Shown piece after piece: positions 27,617 through 27,702 of a stretch of 27,702 nucleotides of DNA (within the stretch, counting starts at the first letter, position 1; each line of letters opens with the position of its first letter). The position numbers were made by a program, and so were the translations under genes. This stretch comes from a virus (taxonomy: Duplodnaviria; Heunggongvirae; Uroviricota; Caudoviricetes), in the IMG/VR virus record IMGVR_UViG_2706794664_000004; one strand, given 5' to 3'. A model generated the notes under the pieces. The model had not been told where the DNA came from, made no database searches, and saw only the letters and a list, made by a program, of their open reading frames with translations.

Positions 27617-27702
27617 TAGACTGGCCCCCTGAATCTCCAGACAACCAGTATCACTTAAATAAGTGATAGTCTTAATACTAGTTTTTAGACTAGTCATTGG
27701 AG
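27617..27702 (+). mobile_element. left end of insertion sequence IS2 (only 86 bp in window)
   Basis: TAGACTGGCCCCCTGAATCTCCAGACAACCAGTATCACTTAAATAAGTGATAGTCTTAATACTAGTTTTTAGACTAGTCATTGGAG matches the IS2 left terminus from memory; the insC start would lie just beyond the window. Confidence 0.8.

Noticed and set aside
27506-27697. 63-aa minus-strand ORF spanning the IS2 junction
   Set aside because: Crosses the IS2 terminal inverted repeat and the boundary with host/prophage DNA; a junction artefact.
1-27702. CRISPR arrays, tRNA or rRNA genes
   Set aside because: No regularly spaced short direct repeats and no tRNA-like or rRNA-like sequence found on either strand. The nine N-runs are masking, not biological features.

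Overview
Mosaic enterobacterial prophage tail region (E. coli/Shigella type, inferred from lambda-like and P2-like proteins and an IS2 end). All homology calls are from my memory of the lambda, P2 and Pin/Gin sequences; no search was run. (1) 1-11.8 kb, + strand: lambda-like siphovirus tail operon in canonical order FII(3' end)-Z-U-V-G-T(-1 frameshift)-H-M-L-K-I-J, then lom. J is broken by an in-frame TGA and a frameshift. A ~340-bp AT-rich insert between I and J carries a minus-strand sigma70-like promoter and intrinsic terminator (candidate small RNA). (2) 11.9-20.6 kb: side tail fibre gene stf with an in-frame amber codon, followed by a shufflon-like multiple-inversion locus. It has two paralogous invertible units, four alternative fibre C-terminal cassettes each with its own tfa gene, three visible 26-bp gix-like crossover sites lying in the codons for IEYLGL, and a Pin/Gin/Hin-family invertase. 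This is the most interesting system in the window. (3) 20.6-27.7 kb: P2-like myovirus tail genes U-T-E-FII-FI on the minus strand, divergent from a gpD-like gene on the + strand (block inverted relative to P2 order), ending in the left terminus of IS2. Nine N-runs (about 2.4 kb) mask parts of T/H, H/M, K/I, lom, a fibre cassette, a tfa gene, the P2-like tape measure and gpE, so gene ends inside them are approximate.
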